From IMG/VR virus record IMGVR_UViG_3300024180_000007, positions 1-56,414 of that record: a stretch of DNA of 56,414 nucleotides; one strand, 5' to 3'. Positions 7,365 through 18,500 of this stretch are shown here, in pieces. How positions within the stretch are numbered: position 1 is the first letter of the stretch; each line of letters begins with the position of its first letter. Made by a program: the position numbers and the translations under genes. The DNA comes from a virus. Taxonomy: Duplodnaviria > Caudoviricetes. The notes beneath the pieces are model-generated. The model was not told where the DNA came from. It saw only the letters and a program-made list of their open reading frames with translations, and made no database searches.

Positions 7365-9796
7365 AAGACGTAAAGATACAAGTAAATGCCTCTGCATTTC
7401 CAGACCAATTTGTTTCAGATTCTGTTAAAGACACAATGGAGTTTGGACTACAGGTTGGGCAAGCAATACAATACGAATGGTTTAGGAGAGATAGTGGTTC
7501 TTGTAGGTTTTACTCACAATGGGGTGATTTTAACAGACTAAGACTTTATGCTCGTGGAGAACAATCAGTTTCTAAATATAAAAATGAATTAGCAGTAGAT
7601 GGTGATTTATCTTATTTAAATTTAGATTGGACTCCAGTACCTATAATACCAAAATTTGTAGACATTGTAGTTAACGGAATGAACGATAGGCTTTTTAAAG
7701 TAAAAGCTGTTGCTCAAGATGCATTGTCAGCAGAAAAAAGAAATGAATATCAAGAAATGGTTGAAGGTGATATGCTTGCTAAACCATTACTTCAACAAAT
7801 TGAATCTGATTTTGGTATTGATGCTTTTCAAACAAAAGAAGAAGATTTACCAGAAAATGATGCAGAGTTAGAGCTTTTCATGCAAATGAATTACAAGCCA
7901 GCTATTGAGATTGCAACAGAAGAAGCTATAGATACTTTATTTCAAGAGAGTCATTATAGTGACACTCGAAAGAGAGTTGATATGGATATTACTACTTTAG
8001 GTATTGGTATGGCAAAGCATCTTTTTATGCCAGGTGAAGGTGTTAAAGTTGAGTATGTTGATCCTGCAAATGTGGTTTATAGCTATACTGAAGATCCTTA
8101 TTTTAAAGACACATTTTATTGGGGCGAAATAAAAACAGTTCCAATAACTGAATTAATAAAAATAGATCCTTCTTTAACTAACGAAGATTTAAAAGAAATT
8201 TCCAAGTACAGTCAATCTTGGTATGATTATTATAATTCACAGCAGTTTTATGAAAACAGTATGTTTCATAGAGATACAGCTACCCTATTATATTTTAATT
8301 ATAAGACCACACACACTTTTGTTTACAAAAAGAAAAGTATGTCTGATGGTACATTTAAAACTGTTGAGAAGGATGATCAATTCAATCCTCCACAAGAAAT
8401 GATGGATGAAGGAGGTTTTGAAAAAGTAACTAAAACTATTGACGTATGGTATGATGGTGTTATGGTTATGGGAACTAATATAATGCTCCAGTGGAAGCTT
8501 GGAGAAAATATGGTAAGACCAAAATCATCAAGTCAGTATGCAATGCCTAATTATGTTGCATGCGCTCCAAAAATGTACAAAGGTCAGTTAGAATCTTTAG
8601 TTAAAAGAATGATTCCTTTTGCTGATTTAATTCAGATTAGTCATTTAAAAATACAACAAGTAGTTTCAAGAGTAGTTCCAGACGGTGTTTTTATTGATGC
8701 CGATGGATTGAATGAAGTTGACTTAGGAACAGGAAACGCATATAATCCAGAAGATGCTTTAAGACTTTATTTCCAGACAGGTAGTGTTATTGGTAGAAGT
8801 TATACTCAAGATGGAGAATATAATAATGCACGAGTTCCAATTACTCAATTAACGGCTAATAGTGGCGCAAGCAAGATGCAAATGCTTATTGGCAACTACA
8901 ATCATTACTTAGATATGATTAGGTCTGTGACAGGATTAAATGAAGCTCGTGATGGTTCAAGTCCAGACCCTAACTCTTTGGTTGGCGTTCAAAAATTAGC
9001 TGCATTGAATTCAAATGTAGCAACAAGACATATATTAAATGCAAGTTTATATATAACAAAAACTTTAGCTGAATGTTTATCAATAAGAACAGCAGATGTT
9101 TTAGAGTATGCTGATTTCAAAGATGAGTTTGCTATGCAAATTGGTAAATATAATTTATCAATATTAGAAGATATTAAAAGTTTGTATTTACATGACTTTG
9201 GAATATTTATAGAGCTGATGCCTGATGAAGAACAGAAGGCTATGTTAGAACAAAATATACAAATGGCTTTATCTAAAGAAAATATAAGTTTAGAAGACGC
9301 TATAGATATTAGAGAAATTTCTAATATAAAAATGGCTAATCAATTACTTAAAGTAAAAAGAAAAGCTAAACAAGATAGGGAGCAGCAGCAGCAAATGCAA
9401 CAACAGCAAATGCAGGCACAAATGCAAATGCAAGCACAACAGGCTCAAGCTCAATTAGCAATGCAGACACAGCAGGCTGAAACACAATCTAAAATGGCTT
9501 TAAAAGAAGCAGAGGTTGGTTTTGATATACAAAAATTGCAAAGAGAAGCAGAATTAAAACAACAGTTAATGCAAGTAGAATTCCAAATGCAAATGCAGTT
9601 AAAAGGAATGGAAAGCGAAAATTTAAAGTCAAGAGAAAACGAAAGAGAAAAAGCAAAAGACAAAAGAATAAGTCAGCAGTCTACTCAAACGTCTAAAATG
9701 ATAGAACAAAAAAAGAGAGACTTACCAGCAATAAACTTTGAATCTAACGAAGACAGTTTAGATGGTTTTGATTTAGCTGAATTTAACCCAAGATAA
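7361..9796 (+). CDS. Portal protein
   Basis: 811 aa after terL with ATGA overlap; PVPIIPKFVDIVVNG and TGLNEARDG; Gln-rich C-terminal coiled coil typical of podovirus portal barrels. Confidence 0.88.
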   Translation: MKDVKIQVNASAFPDQFVSDSVKDTMEFGLQVGQAIQYEWFRRDSGSCRFYSQWGDFNRLRLYARGEQSVSKYKNELAVDGDLSYLNLDWTPVPIIPKFVDIVVNGMNDRLFKVKAVAQDALSAEKRNEYQEMVEGDMLAKPLLQQIESDFGIDAFQTKEEDLPENDAELELFMQMNYKPAIEIATEEAIDTLFQESHYSDTRKRVDMDITTLGIGMAKHLFMPGEGVKVEYVDPANVVYSYTEDPYFKDTFYWGEIKTVPITELIKIDPSLTNEDLKEISKYSQSWYDYYNSQQFYENSMFHRDTATLLYFNYKTTHTFVYKKKSMSDGTFKTVEKDDQFNPPQEMMDEGGFEKVTKTIDVWYDGVMVMGTNIMLQWKLGENMVRPKSSSQYAMPNYVACAPKMYKGQLESLVKRMIPFADLIQISHLKIQQVVSRVVPDGVFIDADGLNEVDLGTGNAYNPEDALRLYFQTGSVIGRSYTQDGEYNNARVPITQLTANSGASKMQMLIGNYNHYLDMIRSVTGLNEARDGSSPDPNSLVGVQKLAALNSNVATRHILNASLYITKTLAECLSIRTADVLEYADFKDEFAMQIGKYNLSILEDIKSLYLHDFGIFIELMPDEEQKAMLEQNIQMALSKENISLEDAIDIREISNIKMANQLLKVKRKAKQDREQQQQMQQQQMQAQMQMQAQQAQAQLAMQTQQAETQSKMALKEAEVGFDIQKLQREAELKQQLMQVEFQMQMQLKGMESENLKSRENEREKAKDKRISQQSTQTSKMIEQKKRDLPAINFESNEDSLDGFDLAEFNPR

Positions 9797-9805
9797 ATAT
9801 AAGTA

Positions 9806-9940
9806 ATGATAGAAAAGTCAGCAGGCCCACAATTAAATCAAGTAAGAGATGATTTTAATAAAAGGGTAGGTAAAAAAAGTATGCTTGGTAGAACCAAAAA
9901 AGTACAATGGGAAGCAAGGAGGCGTTTCTCGAATATTTAA
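9806..9940 (+). CDS. Small basic 44-aa protein (not in ORF track)
   Basis: MIEKSAGPQLNQVRDDFNKRVGKKSMLGRTKKVQWEARRRFSNI*; fills the portal-scaffold gap. Confidence 0.55.
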   Translation: MIEKSAGPQLNQVRDDFNKRVGKKSMLGRTKKVQWEARRRFSNI

Positions 9941-9970
9941 AATAGCTAAAAATTTAATTAAAATAAATAT

Positions 9971-9978
9971 TAACTTTG
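9971..9978 (+). promoter_or_regulatory. -7 promoter element TAACTTTG
   Basis: TAnnTTTG upstream of the scaffold/capsid operon. Confidence 0.65.
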
Positions 9979-9994
9979 TTAAAAATATAATCAA

Positions 9995-11146
9995 ATGGAA
10001 TTTAAAGTAAAAGCAGTAGACGCAAACGTTGAAGAAAAATCAAGGGCGCAAGTTGAAGAAGCATTATTAAAAGAACATGCAGAACAATTTGAAAACCAAC
10101 AGGATAATTCTCAGCAAGCAGAAAAAGTAGACTTAAGTCAAAATGAAAATTCAACTACCGAAGAAACATCGGTTGATGAAACTAAAATCGAAGAAGCGTC
10201 CACGCCAGAGTTTGGCGATGATGATGTTCTTTCGTATATAAAGAAAAGATACAATAAGGATATAAATTCTATTGATGATTTGTTTGAGGAAAAAAAATCA
10301 AACGAGGAATTACCAGAAGATGTATCTGCGTATTTGAAGTACAAGCAGGAAACTGGTCGTGGAATTAATGACTTTTATAAATTACAAAAAGACATTGATG
10401 CGATGGATGACAATGCTGTACTTGCTAATTATTATGAATCTACTGAAGATGGTTTAGATTCTGATGATATTCAAGACATTATTAATGACAAGTTTTCATA
10501 TGATGAAGACTTAGATGATGAGAAAGATATTAGAAAAATAAAATTAGCGAAAAAAAGAGAACTTTCTAAGGCAAAGAAATTTCTTAATGAACAGAAAGAC
10601 AAATATAAAATTCCTCTTGAGTCAAGTGGGGGTGGGTTGTCAGAAGATCAGGAAGAAAGCATCGAAGCTTATAAAAAGTATATGGAGGAATCTAAAAGTA
10701 TTGAAGATTTAAACAAAAAGAGGTACAGTTATTTCTTAGATAAAACCGAGTCGGTTTTTAACAACGAGTTCAAAGGTTTTGAATTTTCAGTTGGTGAAAA
10801 AAATATTTCTTTTAAACCAGGAGATGCACAAGAATTAAAAAATGTTCAGTCTGATGTTAATAATTTCATTAACAAATTTATGGACAAAGATGGTTTAATT
10901 GCTGATCCTGTTGGATATCATAAGGCCTTTTCGGTAGCTATGAATCCTGATAAATTTGCAAAGCACTTTTACGAACAGGGAGTTGCAGCAACCGTTGATA
11001 ATGTTTCAAGGAAATCAAAAAACATTAACATGGATGTTAGACAACAATCTCAATCGGTTTCCAAAAATGGAATTACGATTAGACCTATGGGTGTAAGCAA
11101 CGATAGTGGAAGAGGACTCAAAATTAAAAGTAGAAAAAATAATTAA
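9995..11146 (+). CDS. Capsid scaffolding/assembly protein
   Basis: Acidic and helical, between portal and capsid; basic C-terminal tip. Confidence 0.7.
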   Translation: MEFKVKAVDANVEEKSRAQVEEALLKEHAEQFENQQDNSQQAEKVDLSQNENSTTEETSVDETKIEEASTPEFGDDDVLSYIKKRYNKDINSIDDLFEEKKSNEELPEDVSAYLKYKQETGRGINDFYKLQKDIDAMDDNAVLANYYESTEDGLDSDDIQDIINDKFSYDEDLDDEKDIRKIKLAKKRELSKAKKFLNEQKDKYKIPLESSGGGLSEDQEESIEAYKKYMEESKSIEDLNKKRYSYFLDKTESVFNNEFKGFEFSVGEKNISFKPGDAQELKNVQSDVNNFINKFMDKDGLIADPVGYHKAFSVAMNPDKFAKHFYEQGVAATVDNVSRKSKNINMDVRQQSQSVSKNGITIRPMGVSNDSGRGLKIKSRKNN

Positions 11147-11166
11147 AAAATTAAAAATTAAAAATT

Positions 11167-12627
11167 ATGGCAGTAAATGTAACACCAGGATTTGACTTGC
11201 AGCCAAGTGCGCAGCAAACTCCTTTATCAACAAACTACATAACTAACTTTGATTTCTTGAACCAATATCTTCCAGATGTTCATGAAAAGGAATTTGAGCG
11301 TTATGGAAACAGATCAGTAGCATCATTCTTAAGAATGGTAGGTGCTGAAATGCCTTCTAATTCTGACCTTATTAAATGGGCAGAACAAGGAAGATTACAC
11401 ACTAAATATCAAGCTTGTACATCAGCTGCGGCTGTTGGAGCTGATGATGGTGTTTGGACTATTCCAAATAACATTACTAACTTCAATCCAGCTTTAGGTG
11501 GAACAGCAAGTCAAGCAGCTTTAAGAGCTGGGCAAACTGTAATGATCTCTGATAACACACCAGGTTCAACTTTACAAAACAAAGGTATTATATCTGTAGC
11601 TCCAACAGCTGCTAATCCAAACAAGGTAACTATTGCTTACTACGAAGGTGGTGGACAAACAATGGCTCTTGGAACTTCATGTGATATATTTGTATATGGT
11701 TCTGAATTTGCAAAAGGAGTAAACGGAATGCAAGGTTCTTTAGAATCTGATGATTTCTTTTTCCAAAACAAACCAATCATTATCAAAGACAAGTATTCTG
11801 TTTCTGGTTCTGACATGGCTCAAATTGGATGGGTAGAAGTAACAAGTGAAGGCGGAGCAAATGGATACTTATGGTATTTAAAATCTGAACACGATACAAG
11901 ATTGCGTTTTGAAGATTACTTAGAAACAGCAATGATTGAAGCAGTACCAGCAGCAGCAGCATCTGGTGCAGGAGACTACTTACAAGGTACAGCAGCAGGA
12001 GCTTCTGTAGCAGGAGAGTCTGGATCTGAAGGAATTTTCTATGTAGTAGGAAACAGAGGTAACGTATTCGGTGGTGGAAACCCAACGACTTTAGCTCAAT
12101 TTGACACTATAATTCAAAGACTTGATAAGCAAGGAGCTATTGAAGAAAATGTTATTTTCGTAGATAGAGATTTTTCTTTTGATATTGACGATATGTTAGC
12201 TGCTCAAAATGCAGGATATGCAGGTGGTACTTCATATGGTTTATTTGATAATGATAAAGATATGGCGTTAAACTTAGGGTTTACAGGATTCCGAAGAGGA
12301 TATGACTTCTACAAGTCTGACTGGAAATACTTAAACGATCCTACAATGAGAGGTGGTATCAATGCAGGTAAAGTCAATGGACTTTTAGTACCAGCTGGAT
12401 CTACAACTGTGTATGATCAAGTATTAGGTAAAAACGCTAAGAGACCATTCTTACACGTTAGATATAGAGCTTCAGAAACTGAAGACAGACGTTACAAGTC
12501 TTGGATCACTGGTTCAGCTGGTGGAGCAAGAACAAGTGACTTAGATGCTATGGAAGTAAATTTCTTGAGTGAGAGAGCTGTATGTACTTTAGGTGCAAAC
12601 AACTTCTTCTTATTCCAAGATGCATAG
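11167..12627 (+). CDS. Major capsid protein
   Basis: 486 aa after the scaffold; IKWAEQGRLH, YGSEFAKG, IIIKDKYSVSGSD; followed by a strong terminator. Confidence 0.88.
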   Translation: MAVNVTPGFDLQPSAQQTPLSTNYITNFDFLNQYLPDVHEKEFERYGNRSVASFLRMVGAEMPSNSDLIKWAEQGRLHTKYQACTSAAAVGADDGVWTIPNNITNFNPALGGTASQAALRAGQTVMISDNTPGSTLQNKGIISVAPTAANPNKVTIAYYEGGGQTMALGTSCDIFVYGSEFAKGVNGMQGSLESDDFFFQNKPIIIKDKYSVSGSDMAQIGWVEVTSEGGANGYLWYLKSEHDTRLRFEDYLETAMIEAVPAAAASGAGDYLQGTAAGASVAGESGSEGIFYVVGNRGNVFGGGNPTTLAQFDTIIQRLDKQGAIEENVIFVDRDFSFDIDDMLAAQNAGYAGGTSYGLFDNDKDMALNLGFTGFRRGYDFYKSDWKYLNDPTMRGGINAGKVNGLLVPAGSTTVYDQVLGKNAKRPFLHVRYRASETEDRRYKSWITGSAGGARTSDLDAMEVNFLSERAVCTLGANNFFLFQDA

Positions 12628-12643
12628 TAGACAGTAGTAATAT

Positions 12644-12681
12644 TTACCCTCGTTATAAAAACGGGGGTAATTATTTTTTTT
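12644..12681 (+). terminator. Intrinsic terminator after major capsid gene
   Basis: Stem TTACCCTCGTT/AACGGGGGTAA followed by a T-tract. Confidence 0.8.
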
Positions 12682-12704
12682 AAATCAAATTAAATTATAT
12701 TATA

Positions 12705-13460
12705 ATGAAAGCAAAAAAAGAACAGTACAAAGCAAAGTCGTATAGACTAAAAGGAGACCAAGCGCCTCTATCATACATGTTATCTTCACGACATTCACAA
12801 AGATCACCCTTATTATATTTTGACGAAAAAACAGGAGTCAATGAACCATTACGTTATGCACGTAATCAAAAGTCACCTTTTGAAAACCAACAAGATGGAA
12901 ATGCTATTTTAGAACCTATTGTGTTTGAAGATGGTATGTTGTCAGTTTCAAAAGAAAATCAAGTGTTGCAGAAATTTTTAGAACTACATCCAAGTAATGG
13001 GTATGTATTTGAAGAAATAAACAAAGAGCGTGATGCTGCTTCAGAATTAGAGCAAGTAGAGTTTGAATTAGAAGCTCAATTAGAAGCTAAAAAAGTAACT
13101 ACAGATCTTTCTAAGTTAACACAAGTATGTAGAGTGTTAATGGGTAATGCTGTAGAAAATATGACAACAGCAGAGCTAAAAAGAGACATATTAGTTTATG
13201 CTAAAAATTATCCAGATGATTTTTTAGACACTATTAATGATCCAATGTTAGAGTTAATGGACGATGTTTATCAGTTTTTTAATTTATCGTTATTAACAAT
13301 AAGAAACAATGGTAAAGATGTTTATTACAATTTATCTAATAATAAAAAGAAAATGCTTACTATTCCATTTGGGGAAGACCCTAATTTTATTGTAGCTTCA
13401 TTTATGAGAAGTGACGATGGTTTAGAAGTATATAAGCTTTTAAAAAACAAAATAAAGTAA
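12705..13460 (+). CDS. Hypothetical protein downstream of capsid gene
   Basis: 251-aa ORF; LRYARNQKSPF, LQKFLELHP; function unknown. Confidence 0.7.
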   Translation: MKAKKEQYKAKSYRLKGDQAPLSYMLSSRHSQRSPLLYFDEKTGVNEPLRYARNQKSPFENQQDGNAILEPIVFEDGMLSVSKENQVLQKFLELHPSNGYVFEEINKERDAASELEQVEFELEAQLEAKKVTTDLSKLTQVCRVLMGNAVENMTTAELKRDILVYAKNYPDDFLDTINDPMLELMDDVYQFFNLSLLTIRNNGKDVYYNLSNNKKKMLTIPFGEDPNFIVASFMRSDDGLEVYKLLKNKIK

Positions 13461-13484
13461 CACAAGTACAACTAACTGGAAATT

Positions 13485-13513
13485 AGCTACCTCAAAAGGG
13501 TAGCTTTTTTTTT
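13485..13513 (+). terminator. Intrinsic terminator (first of a tandem pair)
   Basis: AGCTACCT/GGGTAGCT stem plus T-tract. Confidence 0.75.
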
Positions 13514-13550
13514 GCTATCTTTAAGCCTGACTGTTTTGATTGAATAATTA

Positions 13551-13587
13551 AAGAGAAGCTCTAAAAAAATAGGGCCTCTTTTTTTTT
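13551..13587 (+). terminator. Intrinsic terminator (second of a tandem pair)
   Basis: AAGAG..GCTCTA/TAGGGC.CTCTT stem plus T-tract. Confidence 0.65.
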
Positions 13588-13589
13588 GC

Positions 13590-13597
13590 TATCTTTG
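13590..13597 (+). promoter_or_regulatory. -7 promoter element TATCTTTG
   Basis: TAnnTTTG 15 nt upstream of the tail operon ATG 13613. Confidence 0.65.
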
Positions 13598-13612
13598 TAA
13601 AAAGAATTAATT

Positions 13613-14590
13613 ATGCCAATAAATGAAGTAAGAAATACCGTATTAGCAATAGCTAATAAAAATAATTACGGATACATATCTCCACAAGATTTTAATCTTT
13701 ATGCTTCTCAAGCACAAATGGATATGTTTGAAGATTACTTTTATCAATACAACAATCAGTTAGTAAAAGAAAACCAAAGAACTTCAGGGACTGGATACGC
13801 AGATATAACAAAAGGTTTAGTGGAAGTTATTGATACTTTTTACGTAGACACTCCTTTATTAAACTCTGCAACAACGCAGTTGGGAGATATACAGACTAAT
13901 TTATACACACTGCCTTCTGATTATTATTTAATTAATAAGATGATGGTATACACAAAAGAATTAGCTTCAGGGGTTACCACTTCGACCAACGGCGGTTCTA
14001 TAGCGGTGAACGACACTTCTGCAGACTTTATTGCAGCAGGAGTATCGGTAGGAGATATAGTATCTACTATTACAGGAGGAGTGGTTTATAATACTGTAAT
14101 TTCACAAGTAGTTAGTGCAACTAATCTTTTAGTTTTTGCAACAACAGGCGCACAAGTCTGGAATGCTGTAGGAAAAACATACAACATATATTCAGCTAAT
14201 AATGTTATGGATGCTGAACGTGTTTCACAAGCTAAAATAACTATGCTAAATAATTCTATTTTAACAAAACCAACTTTAGGGTATCCTGCTTATACTCAGG
14301 ATGCTTTAGTTGCTCAGGCTTTTCCTATTACAATAAATAAAATAGGACAGCTTACATCGCAGTATGTTAGATATCCATTTACACCAAACTGGACTTATGC
14401 TACATTATTGGCTGGTGAACCTTTGTTTGACCCAACCGCAGCAGATTATCAAGACTTTGAATTACCTTTATCGGATGAACCTGCATTGATTGCAAAAATA
14501 TGTCAGTATGTAGGTATAGAAATAAGAGAGGCTGATGTTTATAATTTTGGTACTCAAGAATTACAACAAGAACAAATAACACAAGGATAG
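13613..14590 (+). CDS. Tail tubular/adaptor (ring) protein
   Basis: NKNNYGYISPQDFNLYA, YTLPSDYY, YVRYP..PNW, DFELP; first gene of the tail operon; carries an inserted beta-rich domain. Confidence 0.7.
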   Translation: MPINEVRNTVLAIANKNNYGYISPQDFNLYASQAQMDMFEDYFYQYNNQLVKENQRTSGTGYADITKGLVEVIDTFYVDTPLLNSATTQLGDIQTNLYTLPSDYYLINKMMVYTKELASGVTTSTNGGSIAVNDTSADFIAAGVSVGDIVSTITGGVVYNTVISQVVSATNLLVFATTGAQVWNAVGKTYNIYSANNVMDAERVSQAKITMLNNSILTKPTLGYPAYTQDALVAQAFPITINKIGQLTSQYVRYPFTPNWTYATLLAGEPLFDPTAADYQDFELPLSDEPALIAKICQYVGIEIREADVYNFGTQELQQEQITQG

Positions 14591-15514
14591 ATGGCATATA
14601 TAAACGACTACGCGTATTACACGAACTCAGGAGCAACTCCAACTAATTCAAACTGGGGATCATATCAGTATGTTTCATTAGCGGATATAGTTAACAACTT
14701 TATGTTAATGTATCAAGGTAATCATGAATTAATAAATAATATTGAAAGATATCAGATATTATTTCACGCCAAAAGAGGGATACAGGAATTAAATTATGAT
14801 GCAATGAAGGAGATTAAAATTCTTCAATTAGACATCACACAACAATTAAGATTTGTATTACCACAAGATTATGTTAATTGGGTTAGAATATCTCAATTTA
14901 AAAATGGTGGTTTATATCCTTTATCAGAAAATATACAAACAAACTGGTCTTCTTCTTATTTACAAGATAATCAGTCTAATGTTTTGTTTGATCAAAATGG
15001 AAACGTTTTAAGACCACAAGATTCACAACTTGATTTATCTACTATTTTAAGAGGAAACAAAAGTATTTACTTAAATCAAAACAGTCAATACAATGGAGCT
15101 GAAGGATATAACTATGAAGGCGATTGGTATTTTGATTATCCTATAGGGTCACGATTTGGTTTAAATACTGAGACTGCAAATGCAAATCCTACATTCACTA
15201 TTGACAAACAATCTGGTGTAATTAATTTTAGTAATATATCAGGAGCTGCATCGGTTGTTTTAGAGTATGTTTCTGACGGAATGAAGAATGGAGTAGATAG
15301 CGAAGTACAATTAAATAAGTTATTTGAAGAATATATATATGCTTATATTAGATATTCTATTTTAAATGGTAGATTAGGAGTTCAGGAGTATGTTGTTAAT
15401 AGAGCGAGAAAAGACAAATCTTCTTTATTAAGAAATGCAAAAATACGATTAAGTAATATACATCCTGGAAGACTTTTAATGAATTTAAGAGGTCAAAATA
15501 AAATTATAAAATAA
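14591..15514 (+). CDS. Tail tubular/ring structural protein
   Basis: AKRGIQELNYD, LPQDYVNWVRIS, VVLEYVSDG; tail operon position. Confidence 0.7.
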   Translation: MAYINDYAYYTNSGATPTNSNWGSYQYVSLADIVNNFMLMYQGNHELINNIERYQILFHAKRGIQELNYDAMKEIKILQLDITQQLRFVLPQDYVNWVRISQFKNGGLYPLSENIQTNWSSSYLQDNQSNVLFDQNGNVLRPQDSQLDLSTILRGNKSIYLNQNSQYNGAEGYNYEGDWYFDYPIGSRFGLNTETANANPTFTIDKQSGVINFSNISGAASVVLEYVSDGMKNGVDSEVQLNKLFEEYIYAYIRYSILNGRLGVQEYVVNRARKDKSSLLRNAKIRLSNIHPGRLLMNLRGQNKIIK

Positions 15515-15515
15515 T

Positions 15516-18500
15516 ATGCCAATAGTTACAACAAATTTTATTGCAGGTAGAATGAATAAATCTGTGGATGAAAGACTTCTTCCGCCAGGTGAATACATTG
15601 ACGCTATGAATGTTCGTTTAGGTTCTACTGAATCTACTGAAATAGGAGCTGTAGAGAACTCAAAAGGAAATGAGCAACTAACTACAATACAGTACAATGG
15701 AGTTCCTCTAAGCTCTTCTGCTGTCTGTATAGGAGCATATGAAGATGGTGTTAGAGAAAATATTTATTGGTTTATTCATGATGGTTCAAACACTCAAAAT
15801 CCTAAAGGGGTAGTTGATTTAGTAGTTTCTTATAACACTACAAATGAGATAGTTAATTACCACGTAGTAACAGTAGATTTATTAAATTTTGATCCTAAAT
15901 TTTTAATTACAGGTGTTGATTTAATTGAAGACCTTTTGTTTTGGACTGACGATAAAAATCCTCCAAGAACAATAAATATAAATAGGAGTTATCCAGAGCC
16001 TATTTCAAACGTAGATCAAATTGTAGAAGAAGATATATCAGTGGTTGTAAAACCACCTGGTTTTGAAAGTGCTGTAGGGACACATGTTCCATTACCAGCA
16101 CCAACAATAAGTTTTTTAAATATTGCAGGAAATCAAAACTATATTGAAAACAGATTTTTATGTTTTGCTTATAGATATAGATATGATGATGGTCAATACA
16201 GTGCAACATCTTTATTTACCAATCCAGCATTTGTACCTAAGCCTTTTGCTTTTAGTACAAAAAATTATTGTAATGATGGGATGCTAAATCTTTACAATGG
16301 TGTAGAGATTAAATTTTCTACAGGAAGCTCAAGAGTAAAAGAAGTAGATTTATTATTTAAAGATACAAACTCTACTACTTTAAATGTAATTGAAAGATTT
16401 AAAAAAGAAGATTATGGTTGGTCAAATAATACAAATAAAAGCTACACATTTACTAATAACAAAATATATACAGTATTAGGTAATGATGAATTACTAAGAC
16501 AGTATGACAATGTTCCAAGGTTAGCAAAAGCTCAAACCATACAGGGAAACAGATTAATGTATGGTAATTATGTAGACGGATACAATATAACAAGACCAGA
16601 TGCAGATGGAAATAACATTGCTATTAACTATAATACAAGTTTGGTTAATACGCTTTTAGGTTTTTCTGAATTACCTTTTGGCTTACTAAATACTGGTGAA
16701 ACATATACAATAGATCCTAATCCAGGACAGAGCGAAAACATAGAGAACTCTAAGGTTACAATAGACTTAACAGCAATAGCTGATAAATTAAATGCTAATT
16801 CTTTAATAGGACTAACATTTGATTTTCATAGTGACAAAAGAGTTTTTTTTCCGTCTAACACTACTGCAGCTACAGAAAATATTGATTTTGAAAATCAACC
16901 ATTTACTCTTAATGTAAATATAACTTTAGATCAAGACTATGCAAGTCCGTATGATTTCTTTAACAGTCCTTTGTTTGCAGAACGTATTGGAACTATTCTT
17001 AATACAAACTTTCAACCTCTTGCTACAGCAGATCAAGGAAACTCATTGACAGATTTTTTTAATAATGAACTTTCTTCTCCAGCCATAGGAACATATCCTT
17101 TTGTTAAACACAATAGTAGTATTACAGACGCGACTAATCAGCAAGGTTTTACACTTTCTAATTTTGCTCCAGGATCAAATACGTGTGACATTCAAGTAAT
17201 TGCTATGGCTTTTCAGAGTACGGATTTAACTAATCCCTCTACTCCAGTAATAACTACGCTATATGAATACTTTAGGTTTGTTAGCGTTCAAGGATCATTT
17301 AATACAGATTTAGATACAGGTAGCTTACATAGTGATCGTGACTTTGAAACAGGTATTGTTTATAGCGATGAGTATGGAAGATCATCTACAGTTTTAGTTT
17401 CTGAATATAACACTGTATATGTAGAACCTGGTAATAGTGTTACAGCAAATAGTATACAAGTAGCGGTATCGTCAAGAGCGCCTTATTGGGCAGAACGATA
17501 TAAGTTTGTAGTGAAGCCAAGTAAAGGGGGTTATGAAACTATTTTTTCTAATTTTTATTATGTTAGACCAAGTGATAATATGGTATTTTTTAGGCTTGAA
17601 GGTGACAACGCAAATAAAGTTCAAAAAGGACAAACTCTTGTGGTTAAGGCTGATGTTAGTGGACCTTTAACAAGAGTAGAAAAATGTGAGATTTTAGAAA
17701 TAAGTGCAGAGCCTACTAATTTTTTAAATGACGTAAATGAATATGGTGAAGACTCTTTTCAACTTAAAGGTCTTTACATGTTAATTAAAAATCAAAATTT
17801 TGACATTGTTATTCCAGATGATTCTATTATTGAGTTTGGAATGGAGAGAAAAAGGAGTGCTGTAAGAGGATGTACAAATGCCAGAAAAATTGGGTATAAA
17901 TGTTTTACTACTGATCCTGATACAAATGTTACTACAAACTATGAAGTTCCAGGAGGTTCAGTTATTAAAATAAAAGTAAGAATGTTTCGTAATGATACAT
18001 TTAATGGAAATAGCTGTGAAGAAAGAGAGTGGTTATGGGAGCAAGAATATGTTGCAAGTAGAGATTATATTGATATGAGAAGATGGTGGATTGGAGATAA
18101 CATAAACCCAGCTCTTGGTTTGCCTGGAAATATTTCAGAAGAAACAGATATAATAAATGATACTACTTTAGCAACTCCATACTTTAGTGGTAATAGTGTT
18201 GCAAACAATATGTCGTGTACAACTTGGGCTGTAACATTTCAATGGATACAAAATAGTAGTCAAGGTATTAATGACCCACTGTACTTAGGTGTTTCGTCTG
18301 GAGTAAAAGGGTGTAATAGACCTTTTAATCCTGACAGAACTTCTGATTTAGAAGTTGAACTTATAGTTTTTAGAGCAAACACATTAATGGTATTTGAGAC
18401 AGAACCAAATGATGCAAATGCTGAATTATATTATGACGCATCTCAGTCTTTTCCTATATCTCAGCCTGATGGATTTCATATGTCGGGAGTTAATTCAGAT

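Noticed and set aside
9380-9480. Poly-Gln/CAG repeat as a separate repeat element
   Set aside because: It is the Gln-rich coiled coil of the portal C-terminus.
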